From contig OZ244653.1 of NCBI GenBank assembly GCA_965218795.1, positions 4,288,001-4,352,000 on the forward strand: a stretch of DNA of 64,000 nt, given 5' to 3'. The position numbers and the translations under genes were made by a program. Source of the stretch: a bacterium. Its GTDB lineage: Bacteria > UBA8248 > JACPRG01 > G963555815. Position 1 is the stretch's first letter, and each line of letters opens with the position of its first letter. The notes under the pieces are model-generated. The model searched no databases. It was not told the origin of the DNA and worked only from the letters and a program-made list of their open reading frames with translations. Below, piece after piece: positions 9,831-19,073 of the stretch.

Positions 9831-10955
9831 CTATCCGGTCGATGAAGTCTTGCCGGGGTCGGGCGGACGCTTCCACGTCTCCCAATGGGAGCTGCCCGAG
9901 AGGATTTCCAGGCCGAGACGAAGCGCACGGCAGGAAAGCCCGCCCCTCCAAACCGATCGCAGCTTGACCCCATCCTTCTCCGTCGTCAGAATTCCCCCGG
10001 CGCCGGCCGCGCGCGCCCGGGAGTGAATTTCCTCCACGTCACCGGACGTGTACCGGTGGTGATCGGGAAAGACCATGCGTCCCGCCTCCTGAATTCCGAA
10101 ATCTGAGGCCAGACGGAAGAAATCAGCCGGCCGCGCGATCCCGCAAACCCAAAAGGTCGGGTGTTCATCGAGTGGAACAGGCTCACCGGACTCCACATCC
10201 ACCGCCGCCTCGGGGACGAATCGGCTCACTGTCACGGGGAGGGAAGGGTGCTCCGCCCGAAGGCGTTCGGCGGCCTCCGGGTTCGGAGACTCCGCCCGGG
10301 TGAGCAGGATTCCTTCCGCACGCCGTACGGCGCCGGGCGGCTCGCGCAGTGTCCCGCGCGGCAGCAGAAAACCATTCCCGAAAGGTCTCTCAGCGTCCAG
10401 GAGGAGGAGATTTCTGTCTCGCGCCAACTGAACGTGCTGGTAGCCGTCGTCCAGGATTACGCCTTCAACGCCGAATTCCTTGATCGCGTGCAGCCCCAGG
10501 GTGTACCGATCCGGGCCGGTCAGCACCGGGATCCCGGGCAGCCGCGAAGCCAACAGACAGGCTTCGTCGGCGGCATCCGGAGGATGGATACGAAGCCCGG
10601 TTCCGTCAGAGACAATCGTCACGGGCCCTTTGGCCAAGCCCCCATACCCGCGGCTCAGGACGGCGATTGTATGGCCCTGCTCCGAGAGGGTCCGGGCGAG
10701 TGCAAGGGCGACCGGGGTTTTTCCCGTCCCCCCGGCCGTCAGGTTTCCCACGCTCACTGTCCAGCAGGGGAGACTCCGGGTCTTGACAAGTCCGGTTCGG
10801 TAAGCGGCCATCCGGGAAAGATGTCCGGCGCCGTAAAAGCCTGAAGCGGCCAGCAGCATGCACTTCACGAGGTTTCCCCAGGCGCCGCCTGGAAGGTCGT
10901 CGTCCTGGAGAAGCAGGCCCGTCCGGCCGATCTGATTTCCGGTGGAGGGCTTCAA
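9831..10955 (-). CDS. lpxK: Tetraacyldisaccharide 4'-kinase
   Basis: SVGNLTAGGTGKTP, SRGYG, DDGYQH and TTEKD motifs. Confidence 0.95.
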   Translation of the reverse strand: MKPSTGNQIGRTGLLLQDDDLPGGAWGNLVKCMLLAASGFYGAGHLSRMAAYRTGLVKTRSLPCWTVSVGNLTAGGTGKTPVALALARTLSEQGHTIAVLSRGYGGLAKGPVTIVSDGTGLRIHPPDAADEACLLASRLPGIPVLTGPDRYTLGLHAIKEFGVEGVILDDGYQHVQLARDRNLLLLDAERPFGNGFLLPRGTLREPPGAVRRAEGILLTRAESPNPEAAERLRAEHPSLPVTVSRFVPEAAVDVESGEPVPLDEHPTFWVCGIARPADFFRLASDFGIQEAGRMVFPDHHRYTSGDVEEIHSRARAAGAGGILTTEKDGVKLRSVWRGGLSCRALRLGLEILSGSSHWETWKRPPDPGKTSSTG

Positions 10956-12289
10956 GCTTCCCTCCCGTCAGCCAAGCCGGCCACCCATTCGGCGTAGCGG
11001 CGGGAGGCCCCGGCCTGGGCTTCCACGACGGCCCGGCCCCGTTCTCCCATGGCTCTGGCATCGGTCGGGGAATCAAGCATTTGGGCGGCTGCGGCCGCCA
11101 GCCGTTTGCCTGCGTCCTCTAAGGGGCCATCGATCCAGAAGGCGGCCGATACCTGATCGCCATCCGGCTCCGTTAAGGCGCGTCCGGCCTCTTCAAAGTT
11201 GTGCATATGGCGGCCGAACAGAACCGGGAGCCCCAATCCGGCCGGTTCAAGCGGGTTCTGTCCGCCCCACGGAAAAAGACTTCCGCCCACAAAGGCGATA
11301 TCCCCCGCGCGATAGGCCCTGCCGAGCTCACCCAGGGTGTTCAGAATGAGGACCGCCGGCTTCCCGGGGCGGTCTGTCGTTTCGCGCGGACCATCCGTCC
11401 GCAGGTGGAAGGCGATCTTCCGGGTGCGCAGATCCCCCACCAGTCTAACGGCACGGTCGGGGTGCCTCGGCGCCAGGATCAGCTGAAGCGTCGGATGGGA
11501 GGCCAGAAGCTGCTCATAGGCGTCCAAGACGGCCCCTCCTTCCTCGGGGTGGATGCTGCCCGCAACCAGAACGGAGGCCTCCTCGGATAGGCCCAAATCC
11601 TTCCGAATGTCCCGTTTCTCCCGGGTGTCCGGCGGATCACTGGCGGCGGCCCCGTCAAACTTGAGATTTCCGCCCACCCGGACGCGGTGCGGCGGGGCCC
11701 CCAATGCCCGGATCCGCTCCGCATCGGACTCAGACTGCATGCCAAACCCCGTCACCCTCTCCAGGGCGCATTTCATCAGCGGTCGGATTCGGTGGTAGCG
11801 CCTGAACGACCCCGGGGAGATCCGCCCGTTGATCAGGACCGATGGAACCTTTAACTGATCGAGGGCGCGGATGAAGTTCGGCCAGATCTCCGTCTCCAGG
11901 ATAACCGCCATTTGGGGCCGGACCCGCGAGATCGACCGGCGGACAGACCCCGGGAAGTCCAGCGGAAAATAGAACCGCCCATCCGCCTCGGGGATTTGGC
12001 GGATACCGGCTTCCCTTCCGGTTACGGTCACCGTGGACAGGACGAGACGCCAGCCCGGAAGAAGGTGTTTCAACTCCCGAACCAGCGGTGCCGCGGCGTG
12101 GATCTCTCCCACAGAGACCGCGTGGACCCATAAGGTGGGAAGATTGCGGGAGTTGTCGGGAAGGCGCGGAAACCCCATCCGTTCGGCCAGACCCCGGCGG
12201 ACTTTTCCCCGGAAGAGCGCCTGGAACCCCCAATAGAGCGCGAGAAAGGGGGCACCGGCAAAAAGGATGGCGTTGTAGAGGGCGTACAA
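10952..12289 (-). CDS. waaA: Kdo transferase
   Basis: WVHAVSVGE, ETEIWPN, GNLKFD and GGQNPLEPA motifs. Confidence 0.95.
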   Translation of the reverse strand: MYALYNAILFAGAPFLALYWGFQALFRGKVRRGLAERMGFPRLPDNSRNLPTLWVHAVSVGEIHAAAPLVRELKHLLPGWRLVLSTVTVTGREAGIRQIPEADGRFYFPLDFPGSVRRSISRVRPQMAVILETEIWPNFIRALDQLKVPSVLINGRISPGSFRRYHRIRPLMKCALERVTGFGMQSESDAERIRALGAPPHRVRVGGNLKFDGAAASDPPDTREKRDIRKDLGLSEEASVLVAGSIHPEEGGAVLDAYEQLLASHPTLQLILAPRHPDRAVRLVGDLRTRKIAFHLRTDGPRETTDRPGKPAVLILNTLGELGRAYRAGDIAFVGGSLFPWGGQNPLEPAGLGLPVLFGRHMHNFEEAGRALTEPDGDQVSAAFWIDGPLEDAGKRLAAAAAQMLDSPTDARAMGERGRAVVEAQAGASRRYAEWVAGLADGREA

Positions 12290-12310
12290 GTTCGAAGGCC
12301 TCTTCAGCGG

Positions 12311-13039
12311 TCATTCATCGCGTGGCGGCTCAGGGGGAGCAAAGCGTCCCTGAACTGCGGCGTCGGCCGCGGCTTGCGCCCAGAGCATTTCCGCTTCCAG
12401 CTCCAGCCGTTTTTTCTCCATGCGCCGCTTGTCGGTGTCGCGCGCGACCCGCACGGGGCGGCCGAAGACGACCGCCACGCGCGTGAAGGGCAGAGGCAGA
12501 CAGAGACGGTCCCAACTATCGAACATTTTGACGTGTGCGGCGCCGAAGACGATCGGGAGGATGGGCGCGCCGGTCCGGGAAGCGAGCTGGAGGATTCCCG
12601 GCTGTACCTGGTTTGCGGGCCCCCGGGGGCCATCCGATGCAATGCCGATATCCTGTCCATCGCGCAGGGTGCGGATCAATCGCCGCAACGCGGGACCGCC
12701 CCCGCGGGATGTGGATCCCCGGACGGTCCGGTAACCCAGCGTCCCCAGCACTCCGGCAAGGATTTCCCCATCCCGGCTGAGGCTCACAAGGACGGCTGCG
12801 TTCAGTTTCCTCCGGAAGAATGCGGGGTAGAGCATCCGGCCGTGCCACAGGGAATAGATCCGTCCCGGCGCCCTCTCCCGGCGGGGCACTTCCCGCTCCG
12901 GATAGAGGATGCGTGCCCGCAGCGTTGCAGCCAGCCCGTAAATCGCCAAACCGAGAAGCCGGCCCGCCCACCGGGAGACCCGGTGAGAAGATTCCTCGGA
13001 ACTTCGGAAGTCCTGTACGGGTTCATCCGAGCTTTCCAT
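12311..13039 (-). CDS. DUF374 lysophospholipid acyltransferase-family protein (LpxJ-like)
   Basis: WHGR, SRDGE, RGSTSRGG, DGPRGP and SWDR..LPLPF motifs; lies between lpxB and waaA. Confidence 0.8.
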   Translation of the reverse strand: MESSDEPVQDFRSSEESSHRVSRWAGRLLGLAIYGLAATLRARILYPEREVPRRERAPGRIYSLWHGRMLYPAFFRRKLNAAVLVSLSRDGEILAGVLGTLGYRTVRGSTSRGGGPALRRLIRTLRDGQDIGIASDGPRGPANQVQPGILQLASRTGAPILPIVFGAAHVKMFDSWDRLCLPLPFTRVAVVFGRPVRVARDTDKRRMEKKRLELEAEMLWAQAAADAAVQGRFAPPEPPRDE

Positions 13040-14280
13040 CAGCCGAAGGCCAAATCCAGGATCTCTCTCGCCGCACGGTCAAAGCAGCTTCGCTCTTTCC
13101 CCGGAAGTCTCCCGCCGCGCGTTTCTTCAGCGGAGTCGTCTTCCAGAGAACGGCGGATATCCTTCAGTCTTCGTTTCACATAGGCGCGCCGTTTTTCGTC
13201 GTCCGTCAATCGACGCGCCTCCAAAGATAGATTTTGTCCGTTGACCTCTTGCTGCAGAAGCTCCGGGAAGATTTCCTCAGCCGCCAGGATGTTGACCAGA
13301 CCGAGGAAGTAACGCTCGGGCGGCAGGCTCGACATCCACAGGGCGATGGCGAAGGTCAACGGGTTGAATCGGTAAGCGATCACGCTGGGCGTCCCCAACA
13401 GGGCCGCCTCCAGTGTGGCCGTGCCGGAGGCGATAAGGGCCGCATCAGCGGCTCGCAGGACGTCTCGGGCGCCCCGGACCGGCACGGCTCCCGCCTCCAT
13501 CGCCTGCCCGGCTATCGGTTCCCAGGGCAGGGTTTCCGCAACGGGCAGAAGAAATTGCGTTTCGGGCCGGGAGCTTTGCAGGATCCGCATCGCTTCAAGC
13601 ATCGGAGGGAGGAGCGCGGCCAGCTCGCTCTCCCGGCTCCCCGGGAGCAGACCGATCACCGGCCCTTCCCCGACGACGCCCAACCGTTCTCTGGCCGCCC
13701 GCCGCCGTTCGCGGGGGTCCGAATCGTCCGAATCGGGCTGGATGGATTCGAGGAGGGGGTGGCCGACAAATACGGCCGGAATCCCCAAGCTCCTGAAATA
13801 CTCCACCTCGAACGGGAAGATGACCAACAGCTTGTCGATGCATCGCGCGATGCGCCACGCCCGCCACTGTCCCCAACCCCAAAGCTGCGGCGCGACGAAC
13901 TGCACGGTCCGAACGCCGCGGGCATGAAGCTTCCCGGCCATGTACAGGTTGAATCCCGGATAGTCTATGAGCACGGCGACCCGGACCCCCCCAGACTGAA
14001 CGGCCTGAAGAATCCGCCGCTCCATTCGGCGCAGGGCGGGCAGCAGCCGCGTCACTTCGAGGACTCCGACGGCCGCGATCTCTCCCGCGTCACCCCAGAC
14101 GTCCACGCCCGCCGCCCGCATGGCCGGCCCTCCGACTCCCCCAATGCGAAGATCGGGACGACGCACCCGCAGAGCCTCGGCGAGGGGACCCCCCAGGGCG
14201 TCGCCCGAAGCCTCACCCGCGACCATCAGGATTTCAATCGCCGGTCTCCTCTTGCACGGGGTCCTGAGCGACCACGGCAA
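13039..14280 (-). CDS. lpxB: Lipid-A-disaccharide synthase
   Basis: AGEASGD, IDYPGFN, FVGHPL, LLPGSR and SGTATLE motifs; exact start uncertain. Confidence 0.95.
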   Translation of the reverse strand: MPWSLRTPCKRRPAIEILMVAGEASGDALGGPLAEALRVRRPDLRIGGVGGPAMRAAGVDVWGDAGEIAAVGVLEVTRLLPALRRMERRILQAVQSGGVRVAVLIDYPGFNLYMAGKLHARGVRTVQFVAPQLWGWGQWRAWRIARCIDKLLVIFPFEVEYFRSLGIPAVFVGHPLLESIQPDSDDSDPRERRRAARERLGVVGEGPVIGLLPGSRESELAALLPPMLEAMRILQSSRPETQFLLPVAETLPWEPIAGQAMEAGAVPVRGARDVLRAADAALIASGTATLEAALLGTPSVIAYRFNPLTFAIALWMSSLPPERYFLGLVNILAAEEIFPELLQQEVNGQNLSLEARRLTDDEKRRAYVKRRLKDIRRSLEDDSAEETRGGRLPGKERSCFDRAAREILDLAFG

Positions 14281-15124
14281 TTTTCCACTGATTCGCTGCT
14301 TCCAGGAATGGCCGGGTGGCGACGATCATCGTTCGCTCCGCCTCGATGCCCAGCGCCGTGCCGCGCCCGTCTTTCAGGACGCGAAGTGTGTCCTCGCCGA
14401 CGACGGGAACGTCGAATCGAGGGTCCTGCCGGGGCTTCGCCACCTTCACGGCCACTGCCCCACGCCCGGATATCGCACAACCGCGCTGTACGGTTTCGTC
14501 CGTTCCTTCGATGGTTTCGACCGCGACGACCGCCTGGTTCCGAACCACGACCGTCTGGCCGAGATCCAAAGCGGCAATCCCTTTGGCCATGCGGAACCCG
14601 AATTCCAGATCCTCGCGTTCCCTTTGGGTGGGCGGGCGCCGGGAGAGCACTCCCGGCGCTGGAAACAGTTCGCCCAGGAACTCCCTCTGCGGGAGGACCC
14701 GGAACCCTTCGCTCTCGAATGCTTCGATGATGGCCAGCATCAGTGAGTCGTCGCGTCTGTCCTTGAGACGGCGGAGGATCTTGATGGCCCGAAGGTCGAG
14801 CATCGGATTCCGATACATCAGCCGCTTGTCCATCTTCCCCACAAAGACCAAATCGCGGGCACCCTCGTCTCTGAGGAATTGCCCGATCTTCGTGGCCTGG
14901 CCAACGCCGCACTGAATCAGGGACGCCGAAAGGGGCTCCAGGGTTTTTCGCGTTTGAGGAGAGAAGGTTACCGTGACGGGATCGATGCCGCGGGACCGGA
15001 CGTTCTCGGCCACCAGCGCGGGGAGGGCTCCTTCTCCGGCGATGATCCCGACCCGTTTGACATTTTGGAGAGGGCTGGGCTCCGGAGAACCCTCCTCATC
15101 CAGCCGGCTGTTCAGATTGGCCAT
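14234..15124 (-). CDS. lpxI: UDP-2,3-diacylglucosamine diphosphatase LpxI
   Basis: GIIAGEG.LP, DLGQTVVV, EGTD and QDPRFDVPVVG motifs. Confidence 0.9.
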   Translation of the reverse strand: MANLNSRLDEEGSPEPSPLQNVKRVGIIAGEGALPALVAENVRSRGIDPVTVTFSPQTRKTLEPLSASLIQCGVGQATKIGQFLRDEGARDLVFVGKMDKRLMYRNPMLDLRAIKILRRLKDRRDDSLMLAIIEAFESEGFRVLPQREFLGELFPAPGVLSRRPPTQREREDLEFGFRMAKGIAALDLGQTVVVRNQAVVAVETIEGTDETVQRGCAISGRGAVAVKVAKPRQDPRFDVPVVGEDTLRVLKDGRGTALGIEAERTMIVATRPFLEAANQWKIAVVAQDPVQEETGD

Positions 15125-16097
15125 GAATCTGCGAGATGATTTGAAGCGCCAGACGAAGGGATTGGAGCTCCTTTTCCGCGGTGCTCACGCCCGGGGGTCC
15201 CAATCCATTGCCGGCCATGTGGAGGAGGGTGCGGATTTCCAGCTTCAGCGGATTGTCCTTATGGACGAAGATTCGCTCAATGAAGGCCTCCTGCCGGTAA
15301 CGCAACTCTTCCTGGGTGAGCGTGTGCTCCGATGCCGCCCGCCGGTAGACGTGGATGTCCTGGTCGGCGTAGTCGAGAAAGATGTAGGTATCCCGCTGCG
15401 TGACGGCCAGGGTGCGCACCTTGTTCTGGGTGGCCCGGCTGGCGGTCAGGTTGGCGACGCAGCCGTTCTTGAAAGTCAGCGACACGTTGGCGATGTCTTC
15501 ATGGGCGGAGTGCACGCTTGTGCCGATGGCGTAACAGGTCTCAATGGGTGAATCGATAAGACGCAGGACAATATCCAGGTCGTGAATCATCAAATCAAGG
15601 ACCACGCCGTCCTCCTGGACCCTCGACTGGAAAGGGCCCATCCGGCGGCACTCGATGAGGAGCGGGTCTTTGACGATCTTCTGCAGTTCCTGCACGGCTC
15701 CGTTGAATCGTTCCACGTGACCGATTTGCAGCACGCATCCCTGTTCTTCGGCAATCCGGAAAAGTTCCTTCGCCTCTTTCAGCGTAGAGGCGATCGGCTT
15801 CTCGACCAGGACGTGGACACCCGCGTTCAGGAATTCGCGCGCGACCGGATAGTGCTGGCTGGTCGGAACCACGATGCTGACGGCGTCCACCAGACCGATC
15901 ATGTCCCGATAGTCTTGCAGCGGACGGGTATCAGACTGCTTGGCGATGGATTGAGCCCGGTCCAGGTCGACATCGGCAACCGCCACGAGGTCCACCTCAC
16001 CCAGAGCGTGATAAACCCCGGCGTGGTAGCGGCCCATGTGGCCGACCCCGACGACCCCCGCGCGGATTTTGCCATTGGAAGAATTCGGCTTTGTCAT
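15096..16097 (-). CDS. Gfo/Idh/MocA oxidoreductase (GnnA-like UDP-GlcNAc 3-dehydrogenase)
   Basis: VGVGHMG, VEKP, GHVERFN and DLMIHDLD motifs; sits directly downstream of lpxA. Confidence 0.8.
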   Translation of the reverse strand: MTKPNSSNGKIRAGVVGVGHMGRYHAGVYHALGEVDLVAVADVDLDRAQSIAKQSDTRPLQDYRDMIGLVDAVSIVVPTSQHYPVAREFLNAGVHVLVEKPIASTLKEAKELFRIAEEQGCVLQIGHVERFNGAVQELQKIVKDPLLIECRRMGPFQSRVQEDGVVLDLMIHDLDIVLRLIDSPIETCYAIGTSVHSAHEDIANVSLTFKNGCVANLTASRATQNKVRTLAVTQRDTYIFLDYADQDIHVYRRAASEHTLTQEELRYRQEAFIERIFVHKDNPLKLEIRTLLHMAGNGLGPPGVSTAEKELQSLRLALQIISQIHGQSEQPAG

Positions 16098-16113
16098 GAC
16101 GCCCGCTTTCCGC

Positions 16114-16890
16114 TCATCGATAAAAGCCCCGTTCGGAGGATGCCGCAAAATCAGCAAAGTGGAGAACCTCCGGAAACTCGCCGTACGTCTCCTTCATCTT
16201 GTTCACCGCGTCCACGGTCCGCCCCGCTTCGTCGAGGAGGATATTCAGCGCATGCTTCAAGGCGCTTCGATTCTCGGCGGGGATCTGGGCTCGCCTCAGT
16301 CCTTCGACATTCAGGCCCCGGACCCGCGGAGGGTGTCCTTCAACAATCGCGTAAGGAAGGACATCCTTCCGGATCGGGGACAATGTGGCCGTCAGGCACA
16401 TTGTCCCCACACGGACGAACTGATGAATGGGGACTAAAGCGGAAATGAAGGCTCCCGCTTCGACCGTGACGTAACCGCCTAGATGCGCGGCGTTTACGAT
16501 GACGACCTTGTCCTCGATTCGGCAGTCGTGACCCAAGTGGCTGTAGGCCATCAGATAGCAGTTATTCCCGACGGATGTGACGCCCTCCGCCTCTTTGCTT
16601 CGGTTGATGGTCGCATACTCTCGGATGACGGTTCGGTCGCCGATTCGGACAAAGGACCGATGGCCCGTATAGCCCACATCCTGCGGGGCGCCCCCAATGA
16701 CCGCACCGGTCCCAATGGTACACCCTTCTCCCAAGGTGGTCCAGTTCTCGATGACCGCGTGAGGACCAATCTGTGTCCCCCGACCCAGGGAGACCTCCTC
16801 CCCAATGACCGCGTAAGGGCCGATCTCCACCTCCTCTTCGACGGATGCATCCGGGGCGATGACCGCGGTCGGATGGATCACCTCGCTCAA
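16114..16890 (-). CDS. lpxA: Acyl-ACP--UDP-N-acetylglucosamine O-acyltransferase
   Basis: Hexapeptide repeats, MAYSHLGHDC, HQFVRVG and GLNVEGLRR. Confidence 0.95.
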   Translation of the reverse strand: MSEVIHPTAVIAPDASVEEEVEIGPYAVIGEEVSLGRGTQIGPHAVIENWTTLGEGCTIGTGAVIGGAPQDVGYTGHRSFVRIGDRTVIREYATINRSKEAEGVTSVGNNCYLMAYSHLGHDCRIEDKVVIVNAAHLGGYVTVEAGAFISALVPIHQFVRVGTMCLTATLSPIRKDVLPYAIVEGHPPRVRGLNVEGLRRAQIPAENRSALKHALNILLDEAGRTVDAVNKMKETYGEFPEVLHFADFAASSERGFYR

Positions 16891-17354
16891 TCTTTGTGAT
16901 TTTCCATAGCGGCCTGAAACTCGCCTCCGGCCGCCAGATCGCCGTTCACGTAAGCCTCACCCCGGAACCACCAGATGCGGCGTCGGTTGCGCATAACCTC
17001 CACCTTCATCAAGAGCACGTCTCCGGGAACCACCGGGCGACGAAACCGCACTTTATCGATGCGCGTAAAGAAGGGGACGATTTCGGACTCCTCGGACAAC
17101 GTATCCAGAGCGATCAAACCGCCCGTCTGAATCATGGCCTCAATGATCAAGACCCCGGGCATGACCGGATGGTCTGGGAAGTGTCCCTCGAAAAACGGTT
17201 CATTATGCGTCACGGCCTTGATGCCGACGATCCGCTCTCCAGGCTCATACTCCTCCACCCGGTCCACGAAGAGGAAGGGGTAGCGGTGGGGCAGAAGATC
17301 GATCAGCCCTCTTGATGTTTCGGGATCAATTTTCGGCTTGGTCATGGAATTCAC
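16887..17354 (-). CDS. fabZ: 3-hydroxyacyl-ACP dehydratase
   Basis: LPHRYPFLFVD and GHFP..PVMPGVLIIEA motifs. Confidence 0.97.
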   Translation of the reverse strand: MNSMTKPKIDPETSRGLIDLLPHRYPFLFVDRVEEYEPGERIVGIKAVTHNEPFFEGHFPDHPVMPGVLIIEAMIQTGGLIALDTLSEESEIVPFFTRIDKVRFRRPVVPGDVLLMKVEVMRNRRRIWWFRGEAYVNGDLAAGGEFQAAMENHKD

Positions 17355-18405
17355 CGATCATCTTTCCTTCCAAGTCCGTTAGCCGCTTTTCCAAAGCGTC
17401 CAGGGTTTTCAACGCCTGAGGAACCTTTCTGAGACTGATCTCCAGCCTGATATGTTCCACGACGGGACGCGGGATCCGGGCGGCAGCCCACAGGGATCCC
17501 GGCTGAACGTCACGATTCACGACGGTCAATGCCGTGAGGATGGCCCGGTCCCCAACGTGGACGTGGTCGCCGACACCCGAGCGTGCCGCGACGGTGACCC
17601 CCTCACCGAGCGATGAGCTCCCAGCCATGCCGGCTTGACCGAGCAGCAGGCAGTTTTCTCCGATTTTTGCGTTGTGCGCCACCTGAACAAGGTTGTCGAT
17701 TTTCGTTCCTTGGCCGATTCGTGTCTCTTCGAGCGTTGCTCGATCGATCGCCGAGAGCGCTCCGATTTCTACATCATCTTCGACGACGACGCGGCCCGTG
17801 TGGGGCATCTTCTCGTGACTGCCGTCCTCCCTCCGGGCGTATCCGTAACCATCGCTACCCAGAACGCTTCCGCTGTGGATGATGACTCGGTCGCCGACCT
17901 CCACGTCATGATAGATGGAAACATTCGCGTAGAACACGCATTCGGACCCGACTCGACAGTTCCGTCCGACGTACACTTGGGGGTACAAGACGGTCCGATC
18001 TCCCACCTCAACACCGTCATCCAAGACGACGCCTGCATGAACCGCCACATCCCTCCCCAGGCGGACGTCCCGGCCAATGACCGCACTTGGGTGAATCCCC
18101 GGCTGGGGGTGCTCATTCGTATAGAACAAGCCGAGAAGGGCCGCCAGCGCCAGTCGGGCGTTTGGGACCCGGACGGCCGATTTTCCTTCAAACCCGCGTT
18201 CCAACTCGGAAACGACCGCACCCGCACGAGAGGCTTCAACCTCGGAAAGGCGCCGCTTGTCGGAGAGGGCGATAATCTGATCGGGAACCGCTCTTGAGGG
18301 CTCGGCCACACCCCGGATGATCAGTTCCGGATCCCCGATGAGTGAACCGCCCAATCGATCCGAAATGTCCTCCAGCCGAAGAGCGGGGGGGGAGGCACGA
18401 TTCAT
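17326..18405 (-). CDS. lpxD: UDP-3-O-acylglucosamine N-acyltransferase
   Basis: GSDGYGY, DDVEIGA and TKIDNLVQVAHN motifs. Confidence 0.95.
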   Translation of the reverse strand: MNRASPPALRLEDISDRLGGSLIGDPELIIRGVAEPSRAVPDQIIALSDKRRLSEVEASRAGAVVSELERGFEGKSAVRVPNARLALAALLGLFYTNEHPQPGIHPSAVIGRDVRLGRDVAVHAGVVLDDGVEVGDRTVLYPQVYVGRNCRVGSECVFYANVSIYHDVEVGDRVIIHSGSVLGSDGYGYARREDGSHEKMPHTGRVVVEDDVEIGALSAIDRATLEETRIGQGTKIDNLVQVAHNAKIGENCLLLGQAGMAGSSSLGEGVTVAARSGVGDHVHVGDRAILTALTVVNRDVQPGSLWAAARIPRPVVEHIRLEISLRKVPQALKTLDALEKRLTDLEGKMIGEFHDQAEN

Positions 18406-19004
18406 TGTTTGGCCTGATCGTACGCCTTGATGATTCTGTCCGTCAGATCGATTCTCTGGCTGTCGAAATAGAGGAGAAGGTTGTTTCGCTCGATGACCAG
18501 GGTGAATTTGTCGCTCTTGCCAATCCGGACCACGACGTCCCGGATTTCCCGCCGAATCTTCTGCGTGCTCCGGGCGCGTTCCCGGTTGAAATCGTCTTCT
18601 GCCTCCCGCCGAAACCGAACCAGCCCCTCTCGGCCTCGCGTGAACTTCCTTTGCTTCTGAAGGAGTTCATCCTCCTTCTGACGCCGAACGTCTTCGCTGA
18701 ACAGGAGACTCTTCTGCCGAAGCTCGGCCTGCATTTTTCTCAAGTTTTGTTCGGAGCGTTGAAGGGCCTGGGCCCTGGAGTTCAGCTCGTCTTGAAGCCG
18801 CTTGGTGGATTCCTGAAGCTTGGCCAGCGTCTTTTTTCCTTCTTTTGATTCTTGCATGACGCGCTGAATGTCCACGAGGCCGATCTTGTTCTGCGCCGAT
18901 GCGAAGCCCGTCAGGGTTAAGCCCAACCATCCCGTCATCAGAACAAAGACCGCCAGACACCTCAGTGGTGACGCTCGTCCGCTCATGTGCCTTACCGCCT
19001 CCAA
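18402..19004 (-). CDS. skp: OmpH/Skp periplasmic chaperone
   Basis: Signal peptide, KIGLVDIQRV, long coiled coil, DLTD..IK; lies between bamA and lpxD. Confidence 0.88.
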   Translation of the reverse strand: MEAVRHMSGRASPLRCLAVFVLMTGWLGLTLTGFASAQNKIGLVDIQRVMQESKEGKKTLAKLQESTKRLQDELNSRAQALQRSEQNLRKMQAELRQKSLLFSEDVRRQKEDELLQKQRKFTRGREGLVRFRREAEDDFNRERARSTQKIRREIRDVVVRIGKSDKFTLVIERNNLLLYFDSQRIDLTDRIIKAYDQAKQ

Positions 19005-19073
19005 ATAGGGGGTTTGTTCACGGGTTCAATGCTGCATGCCGCAAGGAGGAATCCCATCCGGAGCATCCCGGCA

